Assembly: GCA_050950825.1 (NCBI GenBank)
Contig: JBMNIH010000005.1
Coordinates: forward strand, 1 to 64,000
Reading direction: 5' to 3'
DNA length: 64,000 bases
Source of the DNA: Clostridia bacterium
GTDB lineage: Bacteria > Bacillota > Clostridia > JAAYHZ01
Part shown: positions 25,268-34,167 of the stretch, piece by piece
Numbering within the stretch: the first letter of the stretch is position 1
How the letters are laid out: each line of letters starts with the position of its first letter
The notes under the pieces: model-generated
Database searches by the model: none
The model's input: the letters and a program-made list of their open reading frames with translations, nothing else
What the model was told of the DNA's origin: nothing
Made by a program: the position numbers and the translations under genes

Positions 25268-26146
25268 ATGGGTATTTTATTGTCCGTTTTGTTCGGTGTA
25301 CTGCTTTTGGTCAACGGCATCGCTTGCAGCATGGGCTCCGAAGATCGAAAGCAAATTTATGTATTCAATTTATTGGTTCCGCTTTTTACATTGATATTGG
25401 TCTTGATTTTCCGCGTCGATTGGCAGGCACTTTTACAATACTCTTATGTGTATACCGAAAAAGTGATCCTTCTTTTGGTATTATCCGGATTGTGCGGCTT
25501 AGGCTACGCCATGATGCTGATGTTCGCCATGAATACCGGTCCCCATGCTCTCACCTTATCCATAGGCGAAAGCTGCTTGGTCATACCCTACCTCTACTCC
25601 GTCATTGTATGGAAGGATCCCGTCAGCCCTCTCGGTATAGTCGGATTCATCCTTTTGGCCGTATCCTTCATTGCCATCGGATTCACCAAAGAGAAGGATT
25701 TGGACAAAAAGGACTTTTCCAACAAGTGGTTTATACTGATACTCACTGCCTTCCTTTTAGGCGGTGCGGAGTTGACCTTATACACCATTCCCAATCGCTT
25801 GGCAGGCTTTGAAGACCCTGCAAATCTTCGCCCGGCATTAATCCAAGTGGGACGTATGGTGATGTTCATTCCCATATTGGCAAAAAAAATCAAGCCGCAA
25901 AAGAAAACAGCGATCATTTCTTTGATCGCCGCTGTCTTCAATGTTTTTGTAGCCGTTATTCAATTTATGGCTATGGACTATTTGGCCAAGGACCAAATGA
26001 TGGCCGTTTTATACCCCATCGGTATGGGTACCTACATCCTGCTTTTTACGGCATACGGATTCTACTACCGAAAAGAAAGACTCTCGACCCCGGCTTGGCT
26101 CAGTATGGCGGCCATCGTCACCGGTATCGTTCTTCTCTGCTTTTAG
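25268..26146 (+). CDS. DMT/EamA-like membrane transporter
   Basis: About 10 TM segments in two repeats; start placed downstream of the promoter. Confidence 0.75.
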   Translation: MGILLSVLFGVLLLVNGIACSMGSEDRKQIYVFNLLVPLFTLILVLIFRVDWQALLQYSYVYTEKVILLLVLSGLCGLGYAMMLMFAMNTGPHALTLSIGESCLVIPYLYSVIVWKDPVSPLGIVGFILLAVSFIAIGFTKEKDLDKKDFSNKWFILILTAFLLGGAELTLYTIPNRLAGFEDPANLRPALIQVGRMVMFIPILAKKIKPQKKTAIISLIAAVFNVFVAVIQFMAMDYLAKDQMMAVLYPIGMGTYILLFTAYGFYYRKERLSTPAWLSMAAIVTGIVLLCF

Positions 26147-26150
26147 CCGT

Positions 26151-27194
26151 TTACTTCTTGTACGTTCCGTAGGTTTTGGCAAGCTCGATCATACGCTGCG
26201 CCCGATCAAAGGAAGCGTTGGCAGGGTATTCGCACCCGGTAGCCAGAATGAACCCGCCGTCCTTCGACATCGTATCGATAAACGCTTTGCACTGGGTATC
26301 CCATTCTTCGTCGGACCCCATCATGGCGTTAGCGGGGGTGACACAACCGATTAAAGTCGTTTTCTTGCCGTATTTTTCTTTGCACTGTGCAAAATCCTTG
26401 CAATCATCGGGGGGATGCAAGAAGGATATGGCAACGGGTCTCATGGTTTCGATTTGTACGTCAAAGTAGATGTTGGTTCCGCAGTTGTGAATCATGACCG
26501 CGCAATTCTTGCTCCAAATCAAATCCGCAAGCTCCTTGACAAAAACCCCTTCGAATTCCATCCACATGGATTTCGACATAATGGAACCGGATGCAAACAG
26601 CGTATCCAGCATAATGGCGTCTACACCGGTATCGATCAAAGCGCTTACATAATCCTTCAAGGTTTCGTTGATTGCAGAAACGGCGGATTTTACCGCATCC
26701 GGATCGTCATAAAGATCCATATACAAATCCTGCTGCTTTCTCAGCATGGAAAGGGTTCCTAAAGGACCGAATACGAAAGCCACGATCGGTTTTTCGTTTT
26801 TCAGTTCCTTTACCAATCTTTCGCATACTTCGATATGCATCATCATGCGCTTGGACTGTCTGTAGTCCGCTTTCTTTATGTTTTTATAATCTTCAATTGA
26901 CTTAATAACGCGATCGTTGTAATCGGGATGAGCCGCTTCGTTTTCAGGGTAAATGATCTTTGCCCCCCAAGCGTCGGCTTCCACCGAAAGATCGATGAGG
27001 GTAACAACGCAATCGATATCAAATTCCCTTGCAGCCTTAATATAGGCATCGGCGCAGCTTTTCGCGTCCGTTGACCAGTCTTTGTAGGAAACACCGGTCA
27101 GCTTACGGGTCACGCCTGCTAAAATCGGATACACAGGCACGCGGTCCCCTTCCTTATGGGACAAAGCCGCCATGATGCGTTCACGTGAATTCAT
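26151..27194 (-). CDS. uroporphyrinogen decarboxylase / MtaA-CmuA family protein
   Basis: SRERI..AL...DRVPV, VEADAWG, HNCG and GCE Zn ligands. Confidence 0.88.
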   Translation of the reverse strand: MNSRERIMAALSHKEGDRVPVYPILAGVTRKLTGVSYKDWSTDAKSCADAYIKAAREFDIDCVVTLIDLSVEADAWGAKIIYPENEAAHPDYNDRVIKSIEDYKNIKKADYRQSKRMMMHIEVCERLVKELKNEKPIVAFVFGPLGTLSMLRKQQDLYMDLYDDPDAVKSAVSAINETLKDYVSALIDTGVDAIMLDTLFASGSIMSKSMWMEFEGVFVKELADLIWSKNCAVMIHNCGTNIYFDVQIETMRPVAISFLHPPDDCKDFAQCKEKYGKKTTLIGCVTPANAMMGSDEEWDTQCKAFIDTMSKDGGFILATGCEYPANASFDRAQRMIELAKTYGTYKK

Positions 27195-27307
27195 AATGAC
27201 CTCCATGTATTCATTTAGTTGTAATCATGTCGGATTACTTGGCTTTAATATATGTAATACATGAGGACAAGTCAATTTGATATTTTGCGCTATTTGTTGT
27301 CTTCTTA

Positions 27308-28201
27308 TTAACGTTCCCTTTGCAAGAAGGCCTCCACCGTTTTCATATCGGGAATGGAGGACCCGGCTCCCTTTATCGACACGGCTATGGCTGCGGCGGC
27401 AGAGGCATAGACGCATGCTTCTTTCGGATTCATTCCTTTGGCGGTACAGGACAAGTAATACCCGCAAAAAGTATCTCCCGCTCCCGTAGTATCCACCGTT
27501 TCCGTTTTAAATATACCGAATTTCATCTCCGTGTCCTTGTATTTGTATACGCAACCCTTTTCACCCAACGTAAGGACGAATTCCGCTTCCGGATACAGGC
27601 TGCAAAGCCGGTCCAAAGCTTCCTTCGCGTCGGATAACCCGCTTAAGGCAAAGGCCTCCGTTTCGTTTAATATGAAAACGTTCACCGTATGAAAAGGATA
27701 CTTAAAAAGCGCATCCGTCACCGGAGAGGGATTCATTACGATACGTGCCCCCTTTTCCCTTCCTTTTGTGAGAATATATTCGACCGAGTTGATCTCGTTT
27801 TGCAAAAGGACGATGTCTCCTTCCGACATTTTTTCAAAGGCACCGTCGATTTGCTCCTTCTCCAACCGGAAGTTGGCACCGGCATACACAAGGATACAGT
27901 TTTGTCCTTTTTGATTCAATTGGATAATGGCATGGCCGCTAGCACCGTCAACCGTCTTTACAAAGTCACAGTTTACGTTGTTTTCTTCCAGATACTCCTT
28001 CAAAAACAAGCCGTCGCTGCCGATACAGCCTACGTGGTAAACCTCCCCTCCCGCCCTTGCGGCGGCGACAGATTGGTTTAAGCCCTTTCCTCCGGGAAAG
28101 GTTTGAAAGTCCGTGACGGCTACGGTCTCTCCGCTTTTTACAAAATCCTTCACGCTATATACCTTGTCCAGGTTCAGTGATCCGAAATTGAAGATTTTCA
28201 T
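27308..28201 (-). CDS. rbsK: ribokinase (PfkB family)
   Basis: GGKGLNQ, NETEA, DTTGAGDTF. Confidence 0.88.
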   Translation of the reverse strand: MKIFNFGSLNLDKVYSVKDFVKSGETVAVTDFQTFPGGKGLNQSVAAARAGGEVYHVGCIGSDGLFLKEYLEENNVNCDFVKTVDGASGHAIIQLNQKGQNCILVYAGANFRLEKEQIDGAFEKMSEGDIVLLQNEINSVEYILTKGREKGARIVMNPSPVTDALFKYPFHTVNVFILNETEAFALSGLSDAKEALDRLCSLYPEAEFVLTLGEKGCVYKYKDTEMKFGIFKTETVDTTGAGDTFCGYYLSCTAKGMNPKEACVYASAAAAIAVSIKGAGSSIPDMKTVEAFLQRER

Positions 28202-28222
28202 TTTTTATTCCTCACAACCCCT

Positions 28223-29149
28223 TTATTTTTGCTTTTCCTTCGCCCTCTTGTCGTTGATGATATCCATGTGCTCCGCCGTAATCACGTCGACACCGTTTTC
28301 CTTCGCCCAAGCGACACAGCCTTTTAATGCGGTGTTTAGAAAGATGCGGGGAACCTTTACAAGCTTCATGCAGGCTTCGTCGGTAAACTTAACATTAGGA
28401 TCGATTCGATCCGCCGCATATCGCACCGATGCCAAAGACCCTTCTCGTACGGGCAAAAGCTCCGCAATCGGTTTTGTAAAGCGGGTGTACCAAAAGTATT
28501 TGGAATCCCGGTATCCGTAATCCACCGGTACGGCAGGAAAATCCTTTGCTCGCACACCGTTGACAATGGCGTTGTAGTATTTTTCTTTCATGAGTATTTT
28601 ATCAATTCTTAAGATAAAATGAGCACCGAATTGGCTTGTAATTCCGTTAAAATTACGATATGGAGGAGGATAACCGTCCAAAAGACCGGGCTTGTCTTCG
28701 GAAGCCCCGTCAAGATCCCTCATCCAAGTACACTCAAACACCTGAAAGCTTTCCCCGATCACCTTCGGAAAGGCTTCTTCCGGATGCTCCTTGGCCATGA
28801 GTCCTTCTTCCAAGGTAAACAAGCAATCCTTCATCTTTTCAGCGGGCGTATCTCCCGGCCATCCTAACCGGACCGCTTCTTTGAAATATTTTCTCTTGTC
28901 CGGGATGAAGTTGACGGAGCATTTTCCTCTTGCCAAAAGATGCTGCGCCGTATTGGAGGAGTTTCGGCAGCATAAAATCACGGCATAATAATCTTTTCCG
29001 GCAACATAATAAGGCGCAAGCAAGGAATAGGGGCCGAGGCTTGTGGATCCGTCTTCCGCTAGCGTGCCGATCAACACCGTCGGCATGGGGAAAAAAGCGG
29101 AGGTTTGGTAAAAGTTGTCCACGATACGTAAATCCTTAAAGCTACTCAT
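28223..29149 (-). CDS. flavin-reductase-like split-barrel protein with C-terminal PCP_red-like helical domain
   Basis: P.PTVLIGT...GPYS...NTA..L; C-terminal FTDEACMKLVKVPRIFL...AKENGVDVIT. Confidence 0.65.
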   Translation of the reverse strand: MSSFKDLRIVDNFYQTSAFFPMPTVLIGTLAEDGSTSLGPYSLLAPYYVAGKDYYAVILCCRNSSNTAQHLLARGKCSVNFIPDKRKYFKEAVRLGWPGDTPAEKMKDCLFTLEEGLMAKEHPEEAFPKVIGESFQVFECTWMRDLDGASEDKPGLLDGYPPPYRNFNGITSQFGAHFILRIDKILMKEKYYNAIVNGVRAKDFPAVPVDYGYRDSKYFWYTRFTKPIAELLPVREGSLASVRYAADRIDPNVKFTDEACMKLVKVPRIFLNTALKGCVAWAKENGVDVITAEHMDIINDKRAKEKQK

Positions 29150-29702
29150 AAAAATCTCCTTTCATCATGGAAATCTCGGAGGGAAACAGAGCCGATACGA
29201 ATGAAAGCAGATCCTCCCATCGTATATCCTCTTGTACGGCACTCGATAAAACCGTTTCCGATAAAATAGAAAAGAAGGACGACTCCTTCTTTATATCAAA
29301 CCGAAGCAACAAAGACCGCAGCAATTCTTCGATTTGACGGCGCAGCGTCAACCGATGACGGCGAAAAAAGCCGAAAAAGCTGCCGGTGTAATCCGCCCAA
29401 ACCGGCTTGTATTTTTCGGAGAAGGAACGGATTCCGTTAAAGACGGCACAAAGGCCTTCCGAAACGCTCTTTGCCGTCCGGCATTCTTCGTTTATCCTTT
29501 GCAGTACCTTTGCCCAATCCCGGGCAATAACGGAGGCAATCAGCATTTCCTTGTTTTCGAAATAGTTAAAGACGGTGCCGGCTGCCATGCCGCACCGCTT
29601 TGCCACCTTTCGTATGGTAACACCCTTGTAGCCCTCATCAAACAGAAGCTCTTCCGCCGCCGTCAACAGGTTTTCTCTTGCATTATCGATAATTTTCGGC
29701 AT
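29142..29702 (-). CDS. TetR-family regulator
   Basis: TIRKVAKRCGMAAGTVFNYFENKE. Confidence 0.92.
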   Translation of the reverse strand: MPKIIDNARENLLTAAEELLFDEGYKGVTIRKVAKRCGMAAGTVFNYFENKEMLIASVIARDWAKVLQRINEECRTAKSVSEGLCAVFNGIRSFSEKYKPVWADYTGSFFGFFRRHRLTLRRQIEELLRSLLLRFDIKKESSFFSILSETVLSSAVQEDIRWEDLLSFVSALFPSEISMMKGDFYE

Positions 29703-29726
29703 TTTCGATCCTCTTGCCTATGTTTT

Positions 29727-29742
29727 TATGAACATGTTCATA
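29727..29742. promoter_or_regulatory. probable TetR operator
   Basis: Perfect 16-bp palindrome TATGAACATGTTCATA about 25 bp upstream of the start. Confidence 0.75.
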
Positions 29743-29783
29743 TTAAGTATATGCTTTACGGGAGTCCTAAACAAGAGGAATTT

Positions 29784-30434
29784 TTAAAATTCTCTTTTTT
29801 CGTACATCTTCACCGATACAAATCTTGAAACAAGCAGCAGGACAAGAGCGCCTCCTATCAAAAGCAACCGGGCGGTGGTTTCGGGAAGATTTTGAAAGGC
29901 TCCTAAAATCCCCTCTTTTCCGGGATCTTGGATTAATTTGTTCAATACGTAGGGAAGGCCGGCGACAACGGCGAAGATAAGAACGAAGTTTACGACCTTC
30001 GCCTTCACATACCCCAGCTTGAAGATAAGAGGATATGAAATACCGCTCATAATGCAGATGCTTACAAGCACGGATATTAAGCCTTGGCCGTCCACGGGTG
30101 CTATTTGCAAAGGAAACTGCGCAAGGACGAGTATTTGGCGTAAAAGGCCATAGCAGAGGGTTCCGAATGCCGCAAAAAGGATGACGGAAACATATTTCGA
30201 GGTAACCAAGAGAGACCTTTTTACGGGAAGGCAATTGAACATCACGTCGGTCTTGTTCTTATCGTCCAATGCAAAGGCTCCCATACCCAAGATATAGGAA
30301 AAGGCGGTGACGGAAGCCGGATACATGGCTTGCCCGATGCTTTGGAAAGCGAACATGAAAAAGACAATATACAGCAGTGCGAAAAGCACGGATTTTTTCT
30401 GAATAATGAAATCCTTAAATACCAAGTTCAGCAT
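29784..30434 (-). CDS. ABC-2 transporter permease
   Basis: Six TM segments, LPVKRS..V.SKY. Confidence 0.88.
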   Translation of the reverse strand: MLNLVFKDFIIQKKSVLFALLYIVFFMFAFQSIGQAMYPASVTAFSYILGMGAFALDDKNKTDVMFNCLPVKRSLLVTSKYVSVILFAAFGTLCYGLLRQILVLAQFPLQIAPVDGQGLISVLVSICIMSGISYPLIFKLGYVKAKVVNFVLIFAVVAGLPYVLNKLIQDPGKEGILGAFQNLPETTARLLLIGGALVLLLVSRFVSVKMYEKREF

Positions 30435-31293
30435 GTCGATTCCTCCCGGTATAGTAAATGAGAATATCGTCTAACGTAGGTTTTTCCGTCATAACCCCTT
30501 CTTTAAAGCGCTTTAAAACTCGGTTTTTGTCCCGGACCAGCGCTTCGAAGCCGTATCGGTTTTCGCGAACTCCGATAACATTATCGGAATCCAATTGTTT
30601 TAGAATTTCCTTCGGTCCTTTCACCAAACCGTGACGCTCCAATATATCGTCCTTCGAATCGTTTAAAACGATTTCCCCGTCGCGTATCAGGGCCACGTAG
30701 TCGGCCACTTTATCCAAGTCCGAAGTGATGTGGGTGGAGAACAATACGCCTTTGTTTTCATCCTGAATCAATTCCGTTAAAATATCCAGCAATTCGCTCC
30801 GCACCAAAGGATCCAATCCGGAGGTGGGCTCATCCATAATCAGCAAATCCGCATGATGAGACAAAGCGATGGCCAAAGAGTATTTCATTTTCATGCCCTT
30901 GGACAATTCTTTGATTTTCTTCTCGGCAGGCAAGTTAAAATTCTTCAAATGGCGATGAAAGACTTCATCGTCCCACTCCTTGTAAAAGGGAGCAACGATA
31001 TTTTTCATCTCAAGCAAAGTTACGTCTTCGTAGTAGTAGCTTTCGTCAAGCACGAAACCGATTTTATTCTTAACCTCCCGCTCGTTCTTGATGTTATCTT
31101 TTCCGAAAATTTTGATCTCTCCGCCGTCTTTTTTAATAAGGTTCAGAATGAGCTTAATGGTGGTGCTTTTTCCCGCTCCGTTCGGACCGATAAACCCCAT
31201 AATGAATCCTCTTTCCAAGGTGAAGGAAATATCCTTCAAGGAAAAAGCGGTATAATTTTTTCTTAAATTTTTAATCTCCAATAGAGGTGTCAT
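30415..31293 (-). CDS. ABC transporter ATP-binding protein
   Basis: GPNGAGKST, LSKGM, DEPTSGLD. Confidence 0.95.
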   Translation of the reverse strand: MTPLLEIKNLRKNYTAFSLKDISFTLERGFIMGFIGPNGAGKSTTIKLILNLIKKDGGEIKIFGKDNIKNEREVKNKIGFVLDESYYYEDVTLLEMKNIVAPFYKEWDDEVFHRHLKNFNLPAEKKIKELSKGMKMKYSLAIALSHHADLLIMDEPTSGLDPLVRSELLDILTELIQDENKGVLFSTHITSDLDKVADYVALIRDGEIVLNDSKDDILERHGLVKGPKEILKQLDSDNVIGVRENRYGFEALVRDKNRVLKRFKEGVMTEKPTLDDILIYYTGRNRHAELGI

Positions 31294-31296
31294 GAA

Positions 31297-31674
31297 TTAC
31301 ACTCCCCCCTCGTAAAATAGTTCGATCATCTCCATCAATTCCTTCTTGGACAGACCCGCCGTTTTCGCCGTTTCGACGACCTCCTCCACCTTTTCTTCCA
31401 CCAATCGAAGCCGAGATTCTTTAATCAGCTCCCTGTTCTGGGCCGCCACGTAGCACCCTTTTCCGGGCACGGAAACAATAAAGCCGTCCTTTTCCAATTC
31501 TTCATAAGCCCTTTTCGTAGTAATGACGCTAATTTTAAGCTCCTTCGCAAGGTTTCTTATGGAAGGTAACAGGTCGTCTCCTTTCAGCTCGCCCTTGATG
31601 ATTAAATTCTTAATCTGTCCTGCAATTTGCTCGTATATCGGTAACTCCGAAGCGTTTGAAATGATGATGTTCAA
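31297..31674 (-). CDS. GntR-family (YtrA subfamily) regulator
   Basis: PIYEQI...LPSIRNLA...TTKRAY; heads an ABC operon. Confidence 0.93.
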   Translation of the reverse strand: MNIIISNASELPIYEQIAGQIKNLIIKGELKGDDLLPSIRNLAKELKISVITTKRAYEELEKDGFIVSVPGKGCYVAAQNRELIKESRLRLVEEKVEEVVETAKTAGLSKKELMEMIELFYEGGV

Positions 31675-31714
31675 TGTTTGATCTCCTTTGATCTCTGTTT
31701 ATTCTGTTTATACC

Positions 31715-31763
31715 GTATATACTGTGTATGTACAGTATATACCTTAAAAGAAGTCGATGTCAA
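31715..31763 (-). promoter_or_regulatory. sigmaA promoter with overlapping YtrA-type operator
   Basis: TTGACA-N18-TATACT; inverted repeat GTATATACTGT-N6-ACAGTATATAC (31715-31742) covers the -10. Confidence 0.8.
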
Positions 31764-31800
31764 TAGGGGGAATATAAATTTTTGAAAATTTTAAGGGTTT

Positions 31801-33096
31801 TTAAAGACGAACGGTTCCGATGCCGTCATGAATATGAATTTCCGTACCGAAGGGCTTGCTTAAAGCTTGAAGCCTTTCCAAGATGTCCATTCGATCGGAA
31901 ATCTTCGGTCGGCCTAATCGATAAGGGGGAAGCCCGTAACCCAATTCGATAGGAAAAAGCTTGATTTCCTTCAGCCCTCCGTCTTCCATGGTCCACCGGG
32001 CGATGACCGATTCCAAAGCGTTTTTATCCGTGGATAAGCCCTTTGTTCCGTTACCGCTTCTTTTTAACAGAGCATCGACCGTATCGTGGTCGTGACCCAA
32101 ACCGTATTTTTCATAGAAATCCGAAGGAAGAGCCGAAACGGTTTCGCTTTGGAATATGAAGTTTCCCAAGCTGTAGAAGACGGGTTTTCCTTTATAGATT
32201 TCGATACCTCGCAATACATGAGGTCCGTGACCGATCACGGCGTGGGCGCCGGCATCGATGCATCTTCTTGATGCCGTAACCAAAAAATCCGTAGGCTCGT
32301 TTTTATCCGTTCCTTTGATTTGGTGGGAATGGATGCTGACAAGGACGTAATCCGCTTGATTGACGGCTTGCCGTACGGTCTTTTCCAATCGCTCCATATC
32401 CTTTTTATCCGGCTTGGTTATGACGCCGGAAACATGACTTTTTTTAAAGACGTATTGTCCGAGCATGAACTCGTCCTCTTGAAGCTTCGGGAGAAATCCT
32501 TCCTTTCGTATCATATCGTCATAGGCATTAATCCCGGTTTTCGAAGCAATCCTTTTTAAAACTTCAAACTCCTCCGGTTCCAAAAGGTACTCCGTCGATA
32601 CGCGAAGAGGATTGACACCGGGACGACCGACCATGTCTCTTCGTTGTTCTCCGGCTACCCACGAGTCGAACAAGGAGGAGGTTGCCGCAATCAAGGCTAC
32701 CCGCCCGGAGGGGCAATCCAAAAAGGCGGGCGCTCCCGCCTCCGCCAAATTCTTGCCGGTTCCGGCATATGTAAATCCGTAATTTTTTAAGTATCGACCG
32801 GTGGCTTCCAAACCGCCGTAAGAATAATCCATGGAATGGTTGTTTGCCGTGCCGATTAAGTTGAAACCGTAGTTTCTTAAGGTCTCCAATACCTTCGGCG
32901 GTGCGACGGCCCACGTTCCGCCGCTTTGGGCGGAAGGGAAAGCCTCCATGTCGTGTACGGTAGTTTCCAAATTCGTAAACCTTGCCTCTGCGGATTTTAG
33001 AACCTCTTTTACCTTTTGAAATTCCGCATCTTCTTGAGGGCAACAGCGTGTGATAAAGCTGTCTCCCGTAGCCGAAAAAGTCATCTTCGTTTCCAT
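31801..33096 (-). CDS. CapA/PgsA-family metallophosphoesterase-fold protein
   Basis: TGD, NLET, ANNHSMDY, GHGPH, YSLGNF. Confidence 0.9.
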   Translation of the reverse strand: METKMTFSATGDSFITRCCPQEDAEFQKVKEVLKSAEARFTNLETTVHDMEAFPSAQSGGTWAVAPPKVLETLRNYGFNLIGTANNHSMDYSYGGLEATGRYLKNYGFTYAGTGKNLAEAGAPAFLDCPSGRVALIAATSSLFDSWVAGEQRRDMVGRPGVNPLRVSTEYLLEPEEFEVLKRIASKTGINAYDDMIRKEGFLPKLQEDEFMLGQYVFKKSHVSGVITKPDKKDMERLEKTVRQAVNQADYVLVSIHSHQIKGTDKNEPTDFLVTASRRCIDAGAHAVIGHGPHVLRGIEIYKGKPVFYSLGNFIFQSETVSALPSDFYEKYGLGHDHDTVDALLKRSGNGTKGLSTDKNALESVIARWTMEDGGLKEIKLFPIELGYGLPPYRLGRPKISDRMDILERLQALSKPFGTEIHIHDGIGTVRL

Positions 33097-33226
33097 GTCA
33101 TCCCCGTCCCGTTTCCTTGATACCTCTATTGTATGTTTTCCGAACCGCAGAATCAAGTGTTGTCACATCCCGTAGGCAAACGTAATATGCTGTATTGGAT
33201 TTATGTTAATAAAGGAAAGAGGAACC

Positions 33227-33925
33227 ATGTTTGATCCCATTGAAGCCATACGCTTCGATCAAATGATATACCCTGTGAATAATCTTACGAAACAGAACTT
33301 TTGCTTTAACCCCTTTGCCTGCAGAATCAAGGTGGAAGGAAAAGGCACCGTATATGCGATGCCGGATTTACTTACGGCCGTTATCGGCGTTCGTACGGAA
33401 AACGTCCGTCTGGCAACGGCCCAAGCGGAAAACGCCGCAAGAACAAAGCAGTTGTTGGATGCATGGGCCGACGAAGGCATCCCGACAAGCGATATCCAAA
33501 CATACGATTATGCCGTTTATCCTATGTACGATTACACGGAAGGACGCCAAATTTTAAGAGGATACGGCGTTGTCCATAGTTTTTTAATTACGATACGGGA
33601 CATCGAGAACGCGGGACGGATTATCGACATGTCCGTTCAAAACGGAGCCAACGAAATCGGCCAATTGACCTTTTCCGTAGAGGATCCTTCTCGCTATTAC
33701 GGAACCGCCTTGTCAAGAGCTCTTGAAGACGCCGATCGAAAGGCTGCCGCCATAGGCGAAAAATTAGGAGTAGCCGCCTCCATGCGCCCGGTCAGTATCG
33801 TAGAAGAAAGATTCGACCAAGGACCTCCCGTAGGAGTGTCGGGCATCCGAACCGATGCCGCGACACAAATACAGCCGGGGCGCTTGGAAATCACGGCCAC
33901 CGTCCACGTTCTTTACACCTATTAA
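33227..33925 (+). CDS. SIMPL (DUF541) domain protein
   Basis: V.G.G.V...PD, GAN.I..L.F, A...A..KA. Confidence 0.85.
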   Translation: MFDPIEAIRFDQMIYPVNNLTKQNFCFNPFACRIKVEGKGTVYAMPDLLTAVIGVRTENVRLATAQAENAARTKQLLDAWADEGIPTSDIQTYDYAVYPMYDYTEGRQILRGYGVVHSFLITIRDIENAGRIIDMSVQNGANEIGQLTFSVEDPSRYYGTALSRALEDADRKAAAIGEKLGVAASMRPVSIVEERFDQGPPVGVSGIRTDAATQIQPGRLEITATVHVLYTY

Positions 33926-34143
33926 GAGATTTCGATAACCTCGTAACCGGCTTCCTCAACGGCCTGTTTGATCTTTTCGGAAGACAAATCGGCCGTTAAT
34001 TTTATATCCGCCGTCTTTTTCTTCAAATTGACTTTGACATCCTGTACGCCCTCCAATTCCTTCAAGGCGTTTTCCACCCGCTTCACGCAATGATTGCACG
34101 ACATTCCTTCAATAATGGCTCTTTTTTTCAACATACCGAACAT
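33922..34143 (-). CDS. copZ: copper chaperone (HMA domain)
   Basis: GMSCNHC. Confidence 0.88.
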   Translation of the reverse strand: MFGMLKKRAIIEGMSCNHCVKRVENALKELEGVQDVKVNLKKKTADIKLTADLSSEKIKQAVEEAGYEVIEIS

Positions 34144-34167
34144 CTCCTCTCCGCATATATTTTAACC

